This document shows positions 46,183 through 57,093 of a stretch of 64,000 nt of DNA, in pieces. The position numbers and the translations under genes are program-made. The stretch lies in the IMG/VR virus record IMGVR_UViG_3300025018_000001, one strand, 5' to 3'. The notes under the pieces were generated by a model that saw only the letters and a list, made by a program, of their open reading frames with translations, searched no databases and was not told the origin of the DNA. Position 1 is the first letter of the stretch, and every line of letters starts with the position of its first letter. Source of the stretch: a virus (Duplodnaviria > Caudoviricetes).

Positions 46183-47331
46183 ATGTATGAACACTTGCAT
46201 AAACCATTTATTACTACTTATGGGAAGCCCTTTGTTAACTATGCTCAAATGTTAGAACAAGGGGCTGCAGAACAAATGTCTGAAGTACTGAGACATGATT
46301 GGGTTATAAAAGGCGCTCTCATGCCAGATGCTCATCAAGGGTATACATTACCGATAGGTGGTGTAATAGCATGTAAAAATATGATAAGCGCCGCTTGTGT
46401 AGGTGTTGATATAGGTTGTGGTGTATGTGCACAACTTACATCTATGGACCCAGATATACTTAAAGATAACAAATTTGCAATAAGAGATGCAATACTTAAA
46501 GCAATACCGCACGGTTTTAATCACCAACTTTCTGCGCAAAAATGGCCTGAGTATTATACACTTGACAAAACTGATTGGTTTGATGGTTTCTTCCATGCAA
46601 AAAATGGTTTTAATCAACTTGGTACCCTTGGTGGAGGTAACCACTTCATCGAAGTTGGTATTGATGAGATGAATGAAGTGTGGATTGTGATACATTCAGG
46701 TAGTAGAGGTGTAGGCAATAACACCGCAGAAAGTTACATAGCAGAAATGAAACCAGTTAATGCACCAAAAAACGGTATGTATGGTGTACCATTTGATAGC
46801 GACCTTGGCCAGGCTTATTACAAAGATATGAATGTTTTGCTAGCTTTTGCCCTTGAAAATCGTGTACAAATGATTACAAAAGTCATGGAAGTGCTTACTA
46901 CTTTTGATCCAAAAATCGGCAAGTCCGAGTTATTTATCAATCGTACGCATAATCATGCCGAAGCTAAAGGAGACATAGTAATTCACAGGAAAGGTGCTAC
47001 ACATGCTGAAAAAGGTATGTATGGTGTTGTACCTGGAAACATGTTACATGGTTCTTATATTGTAATTGGAAAAGGTAATCCAGACTCATTATGCTCTTCT
47101 TCTCATGGCGCTGGTAGAGTTCTTGGAAGAAAAGCAGCGGAACGAGAACTTGACTTAGATGAAATGCGTAAACAAATATCGGACAGTGGTGTTGCAGCTA
47201 GTGCTGAAAAAGTATCTGACCTACAAGAAGCACCAGATGCTTATAAACCCCCTGCTGATATAATGGAATTACAAAAAGATTTAGTTGATGTAGTTCACCA
47301 CATTAAACCTTGGGTAAACGTTAAAGGATAA
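46183..47331 (+). CDS. rtcB: RtcB RNA 3'-phosphate/2',3'-cyclic-phosphate ligase
   Basis: MPDAHQG, VGVDIGCG, GTLGGGNHF.E, IHSGSRG, HNHA, HRKGAT, SSHGAGR; all metal/GMP ligands present. Confidence 0.95.
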   Translation: MYEHLHKPFITTYGKPFVNYAQMLEQGAAEQMSEVLRHDWVIKGALMPDAHQGYTLPIGGVIACKNMISAACVGVDIGCGVCAQLTSMDPDILKDNKFAIRDAILKAIPHGFNHQLSAQKWPEYYTLDKTDWFDGFFHAKNGFNQLGTLGGGNHFIEVGIDEMNEVWIVIHSGSRGVGNNTAESYIAEMKPVNAPKNGMYGVPFDSDLGQAYYKDMNVLLAFALENRVQMITKVMEVLTTFDPKIGKSELFINRTHNHAEAKGDIVIHRKGATHAEKGMYGVVPGNMLHGSYIVIGKGNPDSLCSSSHGAGRVLGRKAAERELDLDEMRKQISDSGVAASAEKVSDLQEAPDAYKPPADIMELQKDLVDVVHHIKPWVNVKG

Positions 47332-47335
47332 CTCG

Positions 47336-47665
47336 ATGTCCACAATGCCTTTTAGATTGGCAAAGTTTTTTATTGATAGATTGATAATTAGAGAGATGGC
47401 TATTAATAGAATTAGCTCTGTGTCTTTCTTCAATAGAAAACCTTCGAAAGCTGTACCAGTAGAACCTGAGGAGCTTGAAGATATAGATGAAGATGAAAAT
47501 AGCGAAGAAAAAGAGGAGGTTGAAGAAGATGATTTTGATGCTGCAATGGTAGTAAATGAGTATTTAATACCACCTGAAATCATTCACGAAGTAATCTTTC
47601 ATTATGATAGTCTCTATTTTATATGGGTACAAAAAGATGACTACATAACCATATCTTGGACATAA
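47336..47665 (+). CDS. Acidic hypothetical protein
   Basis: ORF. Confidence 0.45.
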   Translation: MSTMPFRLAKFFIDRLIIREMAINRISSVSFFNRKPSKAVPVEPEELEDIDEDENSEEKEEVEEDDFDAAMVVNEYLIPPEIIHEVIFHYDSLYFIWVQKDDYITISWT

Positions 47666-47892
47666 CTATTATGTTTAATACAATAAAAACGCAGTTCATA
47701 CAGGAAGGTAAACCTTATGGGCTGCGCCTCGGTCAGTACTTCTGTGTAAAATACATTAAGCAGTCTTATCCAGAGCTGTTCTACACTCAAGATGAGGCTA
47801 AAGCTGAGAAATTAATAAGAAAATACCTAAATGATTATCAATATTTTGATACATTACCAAAGGTATTATTCGAAATACCTGTAAAGGAGTGA
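47656..47892 (+). CDS. Hypothetical protein
   Basis: LRLGQYF motif common in small phage proteins. Confidence 0.5.
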   Translation: MDITIMFNTIKTQFIQEGKPYGLRLGQYFCVKYIKQSYPELFYTQDEAKAEKLIRKYLNDYQYFDTLPKVLFEIPVKE

Positions 47893-48161
47893 GTATGGTA
47901 TTAGAATTAATTGGTAAAACTTTGGCTGGAAAAAATAAAGTAAGAAATGCAATGCTGAAGATTGCTGAAAATTCTTGGGCCATAGTAGAAACACGCGATA
48001 AGGTGCAATTCAGTCAGGAGAAAGGTCCTTGGGTAAAGATTAGACCAATAGAGGCAGATAGAGTTACAGCTGACCTTCTTTCACGTTGGGTTCACCTTAC
48101 TGACGATAAGGATTTAAAACTTGTGCAATCAAAATGCAACTTCACGGAGAATTATGACTAG
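47889..48161 (+). CDS. Hypothetical protein
   Basis: AAGGAG RBS. Confidence 0.5.
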   Translation: MSMVLELIGKTLAGKNKVRNAMLKIAENSWAIVETRDKVQFSQEKGPWVKIRPIEADRVTADLLSRWVHLTDDKDLKLVQSKCNFTENYD

Positions 48162-48579
48162 TGATCTTACCAGACAAACATTACAACATGATTCGTTCTT
48201 TGGTAGACAGCTAATATCATTCAGTGTTAGTTCTAAAATGGATGGTAAGTACCAAGCAGTAGCAGGTTATTGGTATATAGCAAAAAATAAAGACGGTATT
48301 TATGGTATGATTGGCGGAGGAAATAATGGTATTGGTGCTTTTATAGGCTGGTGTACTGGGCTTTCTTCATGGTGTTTTAACCCTATTAATTTAGATGACT
48401 ATGTATGGAGTATTATTAATAACGCCTACATAAGCAAAGATTTTACATTTTTAAGGGACATTCGTATAGTTCCTGGAGAATTCTATTACTATCAAGAAGA
48501 CAGTAATTATGAAATTATTGAATTCTACAAAACAGAACGTTGCTTTGACAAAATATCCTTGTGGACTAAAAAATCTTAA
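48154..48579 (+). CDS. Hypothetical protein
   Basis: GGAG RBS; start MTSDL. Confidence 0.5.
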   Translation: MTSDLTRQTLQHDSFFGRQLISFSVSSKMDGKYQAVAGYWYIAKNKDGIYGMIGGGNNGIGAFIGWCTGLSSWCFNPINLDDYVWSIINNAYISKDFTFLRDIRIVPGEFYYYQEDSNYEIIEFYKTERCFDKISLWTKKS

Positions 48580-48593
48580 ACAAAGGTGAACTT

Positions 48594-49112
48594 ATGTCTC
48601 TTTTCCAATGCCCAAAATGTGAACGTTACTTTCAACTTTCCTCTAATCATGATAAATATATTAGCGATATGTGTGCTACTGATAGATGTTTTGGCGAGGC
48701 TGTAGTTGTATGTTCATGCGGTGCCAAACATGTATCAGGCGGTGAAGATTACAACGATGGTTATCTGAAAGGAATCATGTGTTTTGGTAGAGATTTTAAA
48801 GAAGACAAAGATAAAGACTTACTTGTTTTCGACGCAGTTATGCTTGAAGAATGTGAAGAAGATGATAAGTTATCGACAGCTTCTACATGGCACGCGAAAC
48901 ATCACATGGACCATGAGGGAAGAACAATACACCTTCGTCCTGAACAGCCTAAAACAGGTATGGCAAGAGCGATTGAGATATACAAAGAGCTTTATACAAT
49001 AGGTGCTGAATTTAATAAACCTAAAACTAAAATGGTTATGGAGTGCCTTCACGAAGCTTGTAATAAAATCAGTTCTGCTAAAATGTTATTAGATAGACTG
49101 GCAAAATCTTAA
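48594..49112 (+). CDS. Zinc-finger hypothetical protein
   Basis: CPKC...CSC. Confidence 0.55.
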   Translation: MSLFQCPKCERYFQLSSNHDKYISDMCATDRCFGEAVVVCSCGAKHVSGGEDYNDGYLKGIMCFGRDFKEDKDKDLLVFDAVMLEECEEDDKLSTASTWHAKHHMDHEGRTIHLRPEQPKTGMARAIEIYKELYTIGAEFNKPKTKMVMECLHEACNKISSAKMLLDRLAKS

Positions 49113-49128
49113 TTTGGGGTGTTACACC

Positions 49129-50112
49129 ATGGTTAATAAATTTAAACGTTTCACAAGAGACCATTTTGATTGGTATATACCATTAGTAATATGGATATTA
49201 GGTGCACTATTCTTAATAGTATTAATGAGATGGTTTGAAAACAGGTCTATATTTGAAGCGCTGTACTATTGTGTAGTTACTGCAAGTACTACAGGCTTTG
49301 GCGATATAGCACCAATAACGATAATCGGTCGAATAGGTACAATGATATATATGCTTACAGCTATCACAGCTATGGGTATATTCATAAACGCACTATTGGC
49401 TAGGTCTAAATCTCTTAATAGAAAGAAGAGGCTCGGTATGGTACAGATAAAGAAAAGTCCTAAGCTTGTTATAATTGGTTACCCTTCAAAAAGTAAAGTA
49501 CTTGGTATCGTGGAGTCAGTACGAGCTTACTGGGAAGATTGTGAAATAGTGTGTATATGTGAAGCTGAGGAAAAACCTTCCTGGATGTACGACTACAACG
49601 TGCACTTCGTAAGAGGTAGAGGTTCTCAAATAGAGATACTGGAACGTGCAAACATACTGAATGCAGAAAACATACTGATACTGGCAGAAAATCCTGCTGA
49701 TTTAATATCAGATGAACAAACATTCTCTGTAGTTACTCTATGTGAGCAAATGAATCAGGCAGCACATACAGTAGCAGAAAAGGTGCACTCCGGTATGAGC
49801 TTACTAAATCACTCTTTATGTGATAAAGTAGTAGCCGTATGCAGACCAAATGAGCTGGCTTCAGAAATAATTGACGCTGGTATTATAGATTTTATTGACA
49901 GTATTGTGTCACCCTTAACAAATGAGAGGCAAAAGAACGTATCTTCCGGTAATACTACTAAGCTGTGGCAAGATCTAGTTGTAGAGTTTTTACTTGATAA
50001 TGATATAGCCTTAGGTTTCTCTGTGGATAAAGGTAAATCTTTTGTCTTTGCACCGCCAGCAAATGAAAACATTCCTGCCAATTCAATCATTAAAGTCTTA
50101 ACACGTAAATAG
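49129..50112 (+). CDS. Potassium channel, 2TM pore plus RCK domain
   Basis: ALYYCVVTASTTGFGDIAP.T..GR pore signature; downstream LVIIG...RGRG....LERANI RCK fold. Confidence 0.88.
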   Translation: MVNKFKRFTRDHFDWYIPLVIWILGALFLIVLMRWFENRSIFEALYYCVVTASTTGFGDIAPITIIGRIGTMIYMLTAITAMGIFINALLARSKSLNRKKRLGMVQIKKSPKLVIIGYPSKSKVLGIVESVRAYWEDCEIVCICEAEEKPSWMYDYNVHFVRGRGSQIEILERANILNAENILILAENPADLISDEQTFSVVTLCEQMNQAAHTVAEKVHSGMSLLNHSLCDKVVAVCRPNELASEIIDAGIIDFIDSIVSPLTNERQKNVSSGNTTKLWQDLVVEFLLDNDIALGFSVDKGKSFVFAPPANENIPANSIIKVLTRK

Positions 50113-50121
50113 GAGTAGAAC

Positions 50122-50526
50122 ATGTCAGAAAGTACTTTCAAAACGGGTGACCCTATTATATGTAGTGACCATCACCCAGTGGTTTCAGCTAGTACAAGGA
50201 TGATATATCTATGTACTGTTGGTGTAGGTAAACATCTGTGTGTAACTCCAACTGAGTGGGAGGAGGAAGATTTTGAAAACGTATGTGAATACCAATATAT
50301 TGACAAGCCCAGAGTCTATTATATTGTAAAACAAGCCAATGAAATAGTAAAATGGCTGGAAGAACATGGGTATAAACCAACCTCACAGGGTAGTTGGGTA
50401 CCAAAACATCCAGAGATGTTGGTATTCAGCAGAACAATGTTTGTTGAATGTGGTAAAGATTTAAGTCTTGTAAAGAAACCAAAAAGATTTATGAAAGAGT
50501 GGTTGAAAGAAGAAATTTTATGTTAA
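50122..50526 (+). CDS. Hypothetical protein
   Basis: AGGAG RBS. Confidence 0.55.
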   Translation: MSESTFKTGDPIICSDHHPVVSASTRMIYLCTVGVGKHLCVTPTEWEEEDFENVCEYQYIDKPRVYYIVKQANEIVKWLEEHGYKPTSQGSWVPKHPEMLVFSRTMFVECGKDLSLVKKPKRFMKEWLKEEILC

Positions 50527-50535
50527 AGGAGACTT

Positions 50536-50871
50536 ATGGGCGACGGCGCTGATATGGCTTTAGATAATGCTTGGGATGATTGGGAACAGCATGAAGAATG
50601 GGTCAGTAACGGACGAGATCCACAAAAGGGTTACGACCTTGGTATACTTAACGAGCTAGGTGGTGAAGAAGGAGATACACGATTGCCTGGAAGATCTTCT
50701 AAATCTAGTTATACTAAGACAGGAAAAAGAAAAGCATCCAGTTATGTTTGTAAGCATTGTGGTAAGAAAAACTTGAAATGGTCAGAAGTTGATGGTAAAT
50801 GGCGTCTTTTCGATAAGAAGAACCCTCATATATGTGAAGAATATAGAAAGGAGAACCATGGGGATATGTAA
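50536..50871 (+). CDS. Hypothetical protein with zinc ribbon
   Basis: CKHC...H.C. Confidence 0.55.
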   Translation: MGDGADMALDNAWDDWEQHEEWVSNGRDPQKGYDLGILNELGGEEGDTRLPGRSSKSSYTKTGKRKASSYVCKHCGKKNLKWSEVDGKWRLFDKKNPHICEEYRKENHGDM

Positions 50872-51331
50872 ACTGGAAGTTAATAATGGTAAGAAACTGT
50901 ACGTTATATGCCACAGGGTTAGTTATAAGTTGTTTGGTGAGAATGAAAAGAGACATATGGATATGGCTACCAATCTCACTGAAGATCTCACTGAAGAACC
51001 TTTGGTAATACCAGAAGAGGTAGTAAAAACTGCAGAAGAAGCTATTGCTATCATGCATCAAGAGTACTTTGAGGAACAGATACCATATGTCAAAGTACCA
51101 TTCGTTATACATGGCTATACTCGTATATCAGATAGGGGTGAAGTATTATGAATATGGCCTTGATTATTATACTTGGAATACTTATAGTATTAGTATTGTT
51201 GCATACAGCAGGGGTATTAATAATGGGGTTTCTTTGGTTGTGTGTAAAATACGCTATACCTATTTTTCTTCTCTATGTTGTCTATAGGGGTGTTACTACC
51301 AGATAGGTTACAGACTTCTATTTGTGGGGTG

Positions 51332-51350
51332 TAGTGGTACTGGTGTTTTG
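51332..51350 (+). promoter_or_regulatory. TAGTGGTAC-N9-G box followed by G-tracts
   Basis: GGGGTG-TAGTGGTAC-TGGTGTTTT-G. Confidence 0.65.
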
Positions 51351-51723
51351 GTGGTGGTGATGGGGTGGGGTGGTTGTTAAACAATTTTTTAATGGTGTAC
51401 TTTATGACTGTACAAGAAAAAGATATTCAAGCTTTCAATGATGTATTAGGGTTTTATGGACCATTATTAACAGCAGATGCTGAATATATGGCGTTGTATG
51501 GTTACTGGTTGAATGTACTTGCTGTAAGAGCAGATTAATAAAGGTGACTGTGTGCGCAAAAAAGAAAGAAAACCCTCAAAACTGGTACTAATTTTATTTA
51601 TAGCTTCGACTATACTAACCTTTTATCTAATTCATAATATTAGTGAGATGGAGACCTATTTAACAAATTTAATAAATATGCAGGAGATACTATCCAAACC
51701 TGGCGTATTACAACAGGAGGTTT

Positions 51724-52044
51724 ATGACTAAAAATAATAAAAAACAATTTGGTGGTATTATCAAGGACTGGCAAGTACACACCCTTACTGTAACAAAGAA
51801 AGCAATTGATAAAGTATATCCTGGGGAAGACTTACAGCCAATGATTATTTCCGGTACTGTGGTTAAAGATGAGCTTGGTAGGTGGTATCCTGGCTATCAT
51901 ATGCGCACATCCTTGGTTAAAAAGCTTGATAGAAAAAAAGGAGAAGTAGAAACAAGGAACACAATCTACAAACTTGAAGGTAAGGAAGGTGCTGATGTCC
52001 TACCTAACATGGGAAATGATATATTAAAAGTTACTTATGATTGA
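51724..52044 (+). CDS. Hypothetical protein
   Basis: GGAGG RBS. Confidence 0.55.
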   Translation: MTKNNKKQFGGIIKDWQVHTLTVTKKAIDKVYPGEDLQPMIISGTVVKDELGRWYPGYHMRTSLVKKLDRKKGEVETRNTIYKLEGKEGADVLPNMGNDILKVTYD

Positions 52045-52160
52045 ATGAGGAGATAAGTATGAAAATATATGATGATAGTAGTTAGTATTTAGCCACAAGC
52101 TATAGCACAACACTTAATTGTATATAAAACTATTTATTAATCTAATTTAAGGAAATTGTC

Positions 52161-53846
52161 ATGTTTAAACGAATTACACTACTGAGTACAATCCTACTGG
52201 TAGTTCTTTCTCTGAGTTGCGGTGATGTATTTAGTAAAGGTTTCTCTGGGGGAAGTAGATCATCAGGGAGTTCTTTCAGGTCATCTTCATCGTCATCCTC
52301 AAAATCATCCTTTAAGTCACCATCATACAAATCTACATCATCCAGCTCGGTTTTTAAGTCAAGTTCATCAAAACCAGCTGTAAAATCTGCTTCGTCATCC
52401 TCATCGTCTTCGTTTTGGAATACATCAGGTAGTAAAAGTTCAGTACCTTCTAAAAGTTTTAAAGGTACTTCTAGTTTTGATAAGAAGCAAGCGTCTTCAA
52501 TGAAGGCAGCTAAAGCAGCCTCATCAAAGCAGGATTATAAAACATCTGTAAGCAAGTTCTCAAAACCTGCCGCACCTGTTTATAAGTCAACAGCTGCTGT
52601 TAAAGCAAATCCAGTATTTAAAAATGTACGTGTAAGAAGTACTGATAACTACAGTACATATTCACGAAGTAGAAGTAATTACTATGGTAGTCGTGGGTGG
52701 AACGCACCTTCTTATGCTTACCAATCAAGTCCTTCTTTTGGTATGTGGGATGGTATGATGCTTTGGATGATGCTCGACAATATGAATGATGCTAAGTATG
52801 CACGTATGGCTTACAATCAATCAAATGATCCTGGTATGCAACAATGGCGAGCAGAGGCTAACAAACTTGCAGAAAGTAATACAGAATTGAAAGCAAAACT
52901 TGCTGCAATGGATGCTAAAGTATCTGGTATGACCGGTGAAAAAGATGCATCATATATGCCTGAAGGTATTCCAGCGGCTGTTGTATTATCATCAGAGGTA
53001 CTTGCTGTAGCAAATAAAGACATAGTTCCTTTTAGAATTGCTACCGGTGGACAAGGCAATAACTATGCCCGTACAGGTAATCTGTTGAAAAAGTCTGCTG
53101 AGTCTACAATCGCTGTTGATGTTAAATATACTGCGGGTACAGGTGAGAATCTTGGTTTGTTTTCAAAAGGTGTTGTTGATGGCTTCATTGCACAAAATGA
53201 TGTAATGGATAGTATGGCACTTACAAGTGCTTCCTCAGTAGCAAAGATGAAAACAAAATGGATGGTACTATTTCAAGAACCCGTCCAAATGATTTCAAGT
53301 ACACGTGGTAGTGTTAAGAATATTCAAGATCTTTCGAATGACAATATTTTATATGTTGGTCCGGCGGGTTCAGGTACCGAAAGTACCTGGAATAGAATGA
53401 AAATGGTGGACAGAACCTATGCCAAGATTCCTACAGCTAATGCAAGCTATGCTGATGCCCTTGATATAGTGGCTAAAAATCCAAAAGCTGTAATGATGTT
53501 TGTATCAGGATTAAATTCAGGTACATTAACTGCAGCTGAAGCACGGGCTGAGAAAGACGACTTACGCCTTGTAAGTATTGATGACAGTGGTCTTCTTGAC
53601 ATACTGGATGTTGACGGTAATCAACTTTATGAAGAAACTGAAATACCATCAGAAGTTTACCCAAAACTGCAGAAAGGTTTCTTTTTGAATAAAGATATTA
53701 CAACAATCGCATGTAAAGCAGTATTCGTAGTCAATCCAGAGTGGGTAGAAAAGAATGGTGAAGAAGCTCTTACAGACTTGACTGCTGCTGCTACTGAGGC
53801 GCGTGGAACAATGAACGGCATCCTTGCCAGAACATCGGAGAATTAA
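52161..53846 (+). CDS. Secreted Ser-rich protein fused to a TAXI-type solute-binding domain
   Basis: Signal peptide, Ser/Lys-rich tract, FGMWDGMMLWMML motif, coiled coil, then IATGG.G..Y...G, T.GT.EN, LF.EPV, G..GSGT typical of TAXI. Confidence 0.7.
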   Translation: MFKRITLLSTILLVVLSLSCGDVFSKGFSGGSRSSGSSFRSSSSSSSKSSFKSPSYKSTSSSSVFKSSSSKPAVKSASSSSSSSFWNTSGSKSSVPSKSFKGTSSFDKKQASSMKAAKAASSKQDYKTSVSKFSKPAAPVYKSTAAVKANPVFKNVRVRSTDNYSTYSRSRSNYYGSRGWNAPSYAYQSSPSFGMWDGMMLWMMLDNMNDAKYARMAYNQSNDPGMQQWRAEANKLAESNTELKAKLAAMDAKVSGMTGEKDASYMPEGIPAAVVLSSEVLAVANKDIVPFRIATGGQGNNYARTGNLLKKSAESTIAVDVKYTAGTGENLGLFSKGVVDGFIAQNDVMDSMALTSASSVAKMKTKWMVLFQEPVQMISSTRGSVKNIQDLSNDNILYVGPAGSGTESTWNRMKMVDRTYAKIPTANASYADALDIVAKNPKAVMMFVSGLNSGTLTAAEARAEKDDLRLVSIDDSGLLDILDVDGNQLYEETEIPSEVYPKLQKGFFLNKDITTIACKAVFVVNPEWVEKNGEEALTDLTAAATEARGTMNGILARTSEN

Positions 53847-53848
53847 TT

Positions 53849-54568
53849 ATGTTTTCTGCACTTAAGAAGTCAATTTCTAATGCACTTAGAGCCAAAAAAG
53901 CCCCTAAAGAAGCCAACAAAATCAAGTTTGATTATGCTGGTTTGTGCGTAAGAGTTGGTAGTGAACTGGTAGTAAGCAACAATAATATGCTTATCTATGA
54001 TTCAGTTTGTACAAAACCAACAAGAACTGCTATCACTAATATAAGTATAACGTCTGTACAAAGAAGTACTATGTACAGATTATACCTTGGACCAGACCAT
54101 TTTGTGCAGATTCTCATCAATGCTAAAAATGAGGTGGAAGAGTGCCGATTGTTCAGTCTTGTACGTGTTATCCAACCAAGTACTAGTGGTGAGTGGTTGC
54201 TGTATCTGCAAGATCGTAATTATGACCCTGAGAATCTCCCTATTATTGGGCGTGATGAGGTATTCCTGGATGACGTATCGTACTGTAGATTGGAATCTTG
54301 GGCAAGTCCCGAACCACCATGGGTAGAGCCATTGAACCTACTTGAAAAACGGTATGGCGTAGATGGTGATGTATATAATATTGACAACGTTATCATGGCT
54401 TACGGTAGGTGGCTTCACGAAGGTGAAGAGATTGCAGAGTATCTGCTTATATCTTCAGAAGAGGTTGTACTGGATGGGCCTGTTGAATTTGAAGCACCAA
54501 TGGATTGTGCAGTAAGATACTATGTAGGTCTGGACATTTCTATCGACGAGCTGTCAAGTAGTTTCTAA
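53849..54568 (+). CDS. DUF2491/YjfK-like protein
   Basis: YRLYL.....QI, Y.R.W, WL....E.AEYLLIS, V....GLDI C-terminus; sits before pspA. Confidence 0.6.
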   Translation: MFSALKKSISNALRAKKAPKEANKIKFDYAGLCVRVGSELVVSNNNMLIYDSVCTKPTRTAITNISITSVQRSTMYRLYLGPDHFVQILINAKNEVEECRLFSLVRVIQPSTSGEWLLYLQDRNYDPENLPIIGRDEVFLDDVSYCRLESWASPEPPWVEPLNLLEKRYGVDGDVYNIDNVIMAYGRWLHEGEEIAEYLLISSEEVVLDGPVEFEAPMDCAVRYYVGLDISIDELSSSF

Positions 54569-54617
54569 TTTTATTAATTAAACCAAAAATATAAAACAAT
54601 TTTAAGGAGAAATAATC

Positions 54618-55397
54618 ATGGGAATTTTTTCACGTAAGAAATCTTTCGGCGTTAACTATGCAGCAGTAAAAGTTGGTAATGTATTTGCTAACTTGAAGAA
54701 TACTGTTGATAGCTGGGACCCAGAAGGTTCCAGTGAGGCCGACATCTTGGGTATTGACCAGCAGCTGAATGAGTTAGCCCTGGAAGCAGGACAAGTAGAA
54801 CAGAAAGTAGCCAAAGAGATGGCAGATGTAGTACGAGTACGTGCCGACTATAATCGTAAAGTGGGTGGTCTGGAAGTACTTCAGAATAAACTCGACACCA
54901 CTACCGATGAAGCGCTTAAAGCACAAATTGAAACCGTAATGGAAGAAGAACTCACCAACCTTGCCGAGTTAGAGGCACAGCTTGTTGTGGAAGAGCAAGA
55001 AGAAGTGGAAGCTGTTGAAGAGCTGGCACAAATCAAAGACCTCTGTAAGATCGTTGCAGAGAAACTCAAAACTGCGCGTAAGACTATTGAGCAGGGTAAA
55101 GCTGCTGCGGCTAAAGCTGAACGTCGTGAACAGTTGGCCTCTGAGAAAGAACAAAGAGCGAAGAAAGTTGCCGGTATTACTCAGGATATGGGGGCTGTTA
55201 CTGGTGCTCTTAATGCTTACTCAAAGAAGGCTGATGCTGCCAATGCTCGTGCTAATGCGCTGGAACTTAAAGCCAGCCTACTTGCACCAAAGGCTGCCAG
55301 CAATCTTATGGAAGAAGCTATGAAAGCTGCTGATGCTGGGTCTGCTGCTCCAAAGATGAGTATTCAGGAACGTATGGCTGCACTGAAGAAGAAGTAA
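54618..55397 (+). CDS. pspA: PspA/IM30 (ESCRT-III-like) family protein
   Basis: DPE N-terminal motif, long Ala/Glu/Lys coiled coil, C-terminal ERMAALKK. Confidence 0.72.
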   Translation: MGIFSRKKSFGVNYAAVKVGNVFANLKNTVDSWDPEGSSEADILGIDQQLNELALEAGQVEQKVAKEMADVVRVRADYNRKVGGLEVLQNKLDTTTDEALKAQIETVMEEELTNLAELEAQLVVEEQEEVEAVEELAQIKDLCKIVAEKLKTARKTIEQGKAAAAKAERREQLASEKEQRAKKVAGITQDMGAVTGALNAYSKKADAANARANALELKASLLAPKAASNLMEEAMKAADAGSAAPKMSIQERMAALKKK

Positions 55398-55845
55398 TGT
55401 AACCTATAGCAGTACCTCTATTCATAGGGGTACTGCTATAATTACTATACAAATGGAGTACAAAGTGTACATCATTCAAGCAGTGAGGCGCCTTGTTGTA
55501 CGAATGATCTGGCCCCTGGTAACCAAGGGAAGAGCGAAATGGGCTTACCGGACTGGAAAGTACTGTGCACACGAAACTAGTCTATCAGATTGCTTTGTAC
55601 TCCATTTGTATGTTAATTATAATATAGGAGAAAATAATGTTTGACAACAAATATATATTTATGTTAATAATTATAGTAAATAGTTTTTCAATTGGTAGGA
55701 TGTTTGATCATATCAACGAAAGCAACGACCCATCAACCATGTTTGTTGTAGCTATAATGTTTGTTGCTATACTAATAGCTTCTTATGGGGTAGTAAGAAA
55801 AAAAAAGATAATGCCTGAAAAGGTGTGTACAAAGGAGATAATATA

Positions 55846-56568
55846 ATGCAAGTATTTGCTTGTGGAGATACGCATTGTCCAATAGACATTCATAAATTGA
55901 GTGTGAAAAATTGGCCAGAGCAAAAGGAAATAGAGTTCACTAAAGAAGATATACTCATGGTAACTGGTGATTTTGGTTTATTATGGGCACCAGACTGGGA
56001 TAATGAAGAATTGTATTGGGCTAAATGGCTCACAGAAAAACCATTCACTACCTGTTTCGTAGATGGTAATCATGAAAACTTCACAAGGCTTGCGGCACTA
56101 CCTGAGATTGACTTCCACGGTGGTAAAGTAGGTGTAGCTTATGAAGATGCTAATGGTAGAATTTTACATATGAAGCGTGGTGAAATATTTATATTCGATG
56201 ACAAAAAGATATTCACCTTTGGTGGAGCAACATCTACAGATAAAGAACGTCGGTTGCTTAATATCAGCTGGTGGCCTGAAGAGGTACCTAACCATGCTGA
56301 ATGTGAATATGCTTTGAGCAACCTTGAAAAACATGGTAATGAAGTAGACTTTATCATTACTCATACAGCACCAAATACTATTATACATGCGCTAGGTTTT
56401 GATAAGTATTCCAGTAATAGGTTTAATGATCCAACAGCTGCTTTTCTGGAAGAAATTAAAAAGATTACACTATTTAAACAATGGCATTTTGGTCATTTTC
56501 ATGCTAGTGTACATAAAGATCAAAAATTTATATGTCATTATAACTGGGAACCATACAAACTTTTTTAA
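55846..56568 (+). CDS. Calcineurin-like metallophosphoesterase
   Basis: GDTH, GDFG, DGNHEN, THTAP, HFGHFH. Confidence 0.88.
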   Translation: MQVFACGDTHCPIDIHKLSVKNWPEQKEIEFTKEDILMVTGDFGLLWAPDWDNEELYWAKWLTEKPFTTCFVDGNHENFTRLAALPEIDFHGGKVGVAYEDANGRILHMKRGEIFIFDDKKIFTFGGATSTDKERRLLNISWWPEEVPNHAECEYALSNLEKHGNEVDFIITHTAPNTIIHALGFDKYSSNRFNDPTAAFLEEIKKITLFKQWHFGHFHASVHKDQKFICHYNWEPYKLF

Positions 56569-56579
56569 CAGGTGACACA

Positions 56580-57044
56580 ATGGATCAATTTGAAGGACAT
56601 TCTTTACATGTATATGGCAATGAGTTTTTAGAAAAATGTGGATTAAATGATGAGTCTACTTTTGCAGAAGTAAAAGAACAAATGTTGTGGGGTACTTATG
56701 GTAAACCTGCAAGTTTTCTTAACTTTACATGGAAGAAATTAAAAGACTGCTCCGAAGACCATCTAGAGGCAATCATGCTTCAACAGCATATTCCTGAGTT
56801 AACTCGTGTAATTATACGAAGTATTCTCGAAGATAAATATAAGCAAAAAATAGAAAATTTGCGCTATACAAGATGGTGCCGTAAAGATTATGATCCGAAT
56901 AAAGGAAATTATAACGGTTACACAGTCGTAACTATAACTAATACTGCCAACAGACATCCTGAGCAAGTAGTATACAAAGGTGACAATGGAAATATATGGA
57001 GTATACCGTTAGCTGATTGGCCAGGAAATTTAATACCTGAGTAG
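56580..57044 (+). CDS. Hypothetical protein, C-terminal DUF1653-like segment
   Basis: YTV......EQVVY....G.IW..PL. Confidence 0.5.
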   Translation: MDQFEGHSLHVYGNEFLEKCGLNDESTFAEVKEQMLWGTYGKPASFLNFTWKKLKDCSEDHLEAIMLQQHIPELTRVIIRSILEDKYKQKIENLRYTRWCRKDYDPNKGNYNGYTVVTITNTANRHPEQVVYKGDNGNIWSIPLADWPGNLIPE

Positions 57045-57093
57045 TCATTATTAAGTAAATAACAAGAGTTAACTATAACTAAACGGAGAAGAA

